From Vicugna vicugna (lineage: Eukaryota), in contig MU058718.1 of the NCBI GenBank assembly GCA_013265495.1, positions 682,001 through 746,000 on the forward strand: a stretch of 64,000 nucleotides of DNA, in the 5' to 3' direction. Shown here piece after piece: positions 63,605-64,000 of the stretch. The notes beneath the pieces are model-generated. The model made no database searches and had not been told where the DNA came from. It saw only the letters and a program-made list of their open reading frames with translations. Both the position numbers and the translations under genes were made by a program. Position 1 is the first letter of the stretch. Each line of letters opens with the position of its first letter.

Positions 63605-63869
63605 CTGGGAGTATGGAGAAATACATGTCTCTTCTAAGACCCAAGACTACAAGTCCATCAATTCTCCTGAAATTTTTATCTCGAATGGAGAAACCACAGT
63701 GTTTTAAGAAGAAAAGAGGCACAGAGTTCTTAAAGGGATGTCCACCCAAAGAATTAATCTGTAATTTGAGGACTAATCAGAAGGAATTTTACCTGAAATA
63801 CTATTTAGGAATGGTATTTCTACTGTTAGTATATTTGTATATTGCTTTGTAGTTTACAGAGTACCCTAC

Positions 63870-64000
63870 ATTTTCACCTAGGGTATTATCTCATTTAATT
63901 CTGATGATAAGACTGTGAGTCAATTATGGTATTTTTTTCCCCACTGAATAGATGTGGAGATTAAGCCAAGCCAAGTAACCTGTCTAAGATCATACAGGCA
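63870..64000 (-). mobile_element. MIR SINE (runs off the window)
   Basis: attatctcatttaattctg...agatgtggaga...aagtaacctgtctaagatcatacag. Confidence 0.75.

Noticed and set aside
1..64000. CRISPR arrays, operons or other prokaryotic systems
   Set aside because: The sequence is mammalian; no regularly spaced direct-repeat array was seen.

Overview
This is mammalian genomic DNA, most likely camelid (alpaca/llama/camel), inferred from young tRNA-derived SINEs resembling the camelid Vic-1 family and a recurring young L1 3' tail. It is mostly intronic or intergenic and rich in MIR, L2, L1, MaLR/ERVL LTRs and hAT DNA-transposon relics, with a 360-nt assembly gap at 14202-14561. No long ORF in the supplied track is a real intact gene. 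The main non-repeat signal is a minus-strand multi-exon locus that I could not identify. It has more than 20 short exon-like segments (18-200 nt) with AG/GT boundaries, several in pairs separated by 76-104 nt introns. Twelve consecutive segments (57297 to 42652) splice into one 144-codon frame ending at an in-exon TGA, and the frame continues after that stop. Another segment (59495-59581) is closed in all frames. This fits a decaying unitary pseudogene, a fast-evolving micro-exon-rich gene with nonsense alleles, or a lncRNA derived from one. Exons were picked by eye, so the model needs RNA-seq and comparative confirmation. Repeat family names and boundaries are from recall and are approximate.
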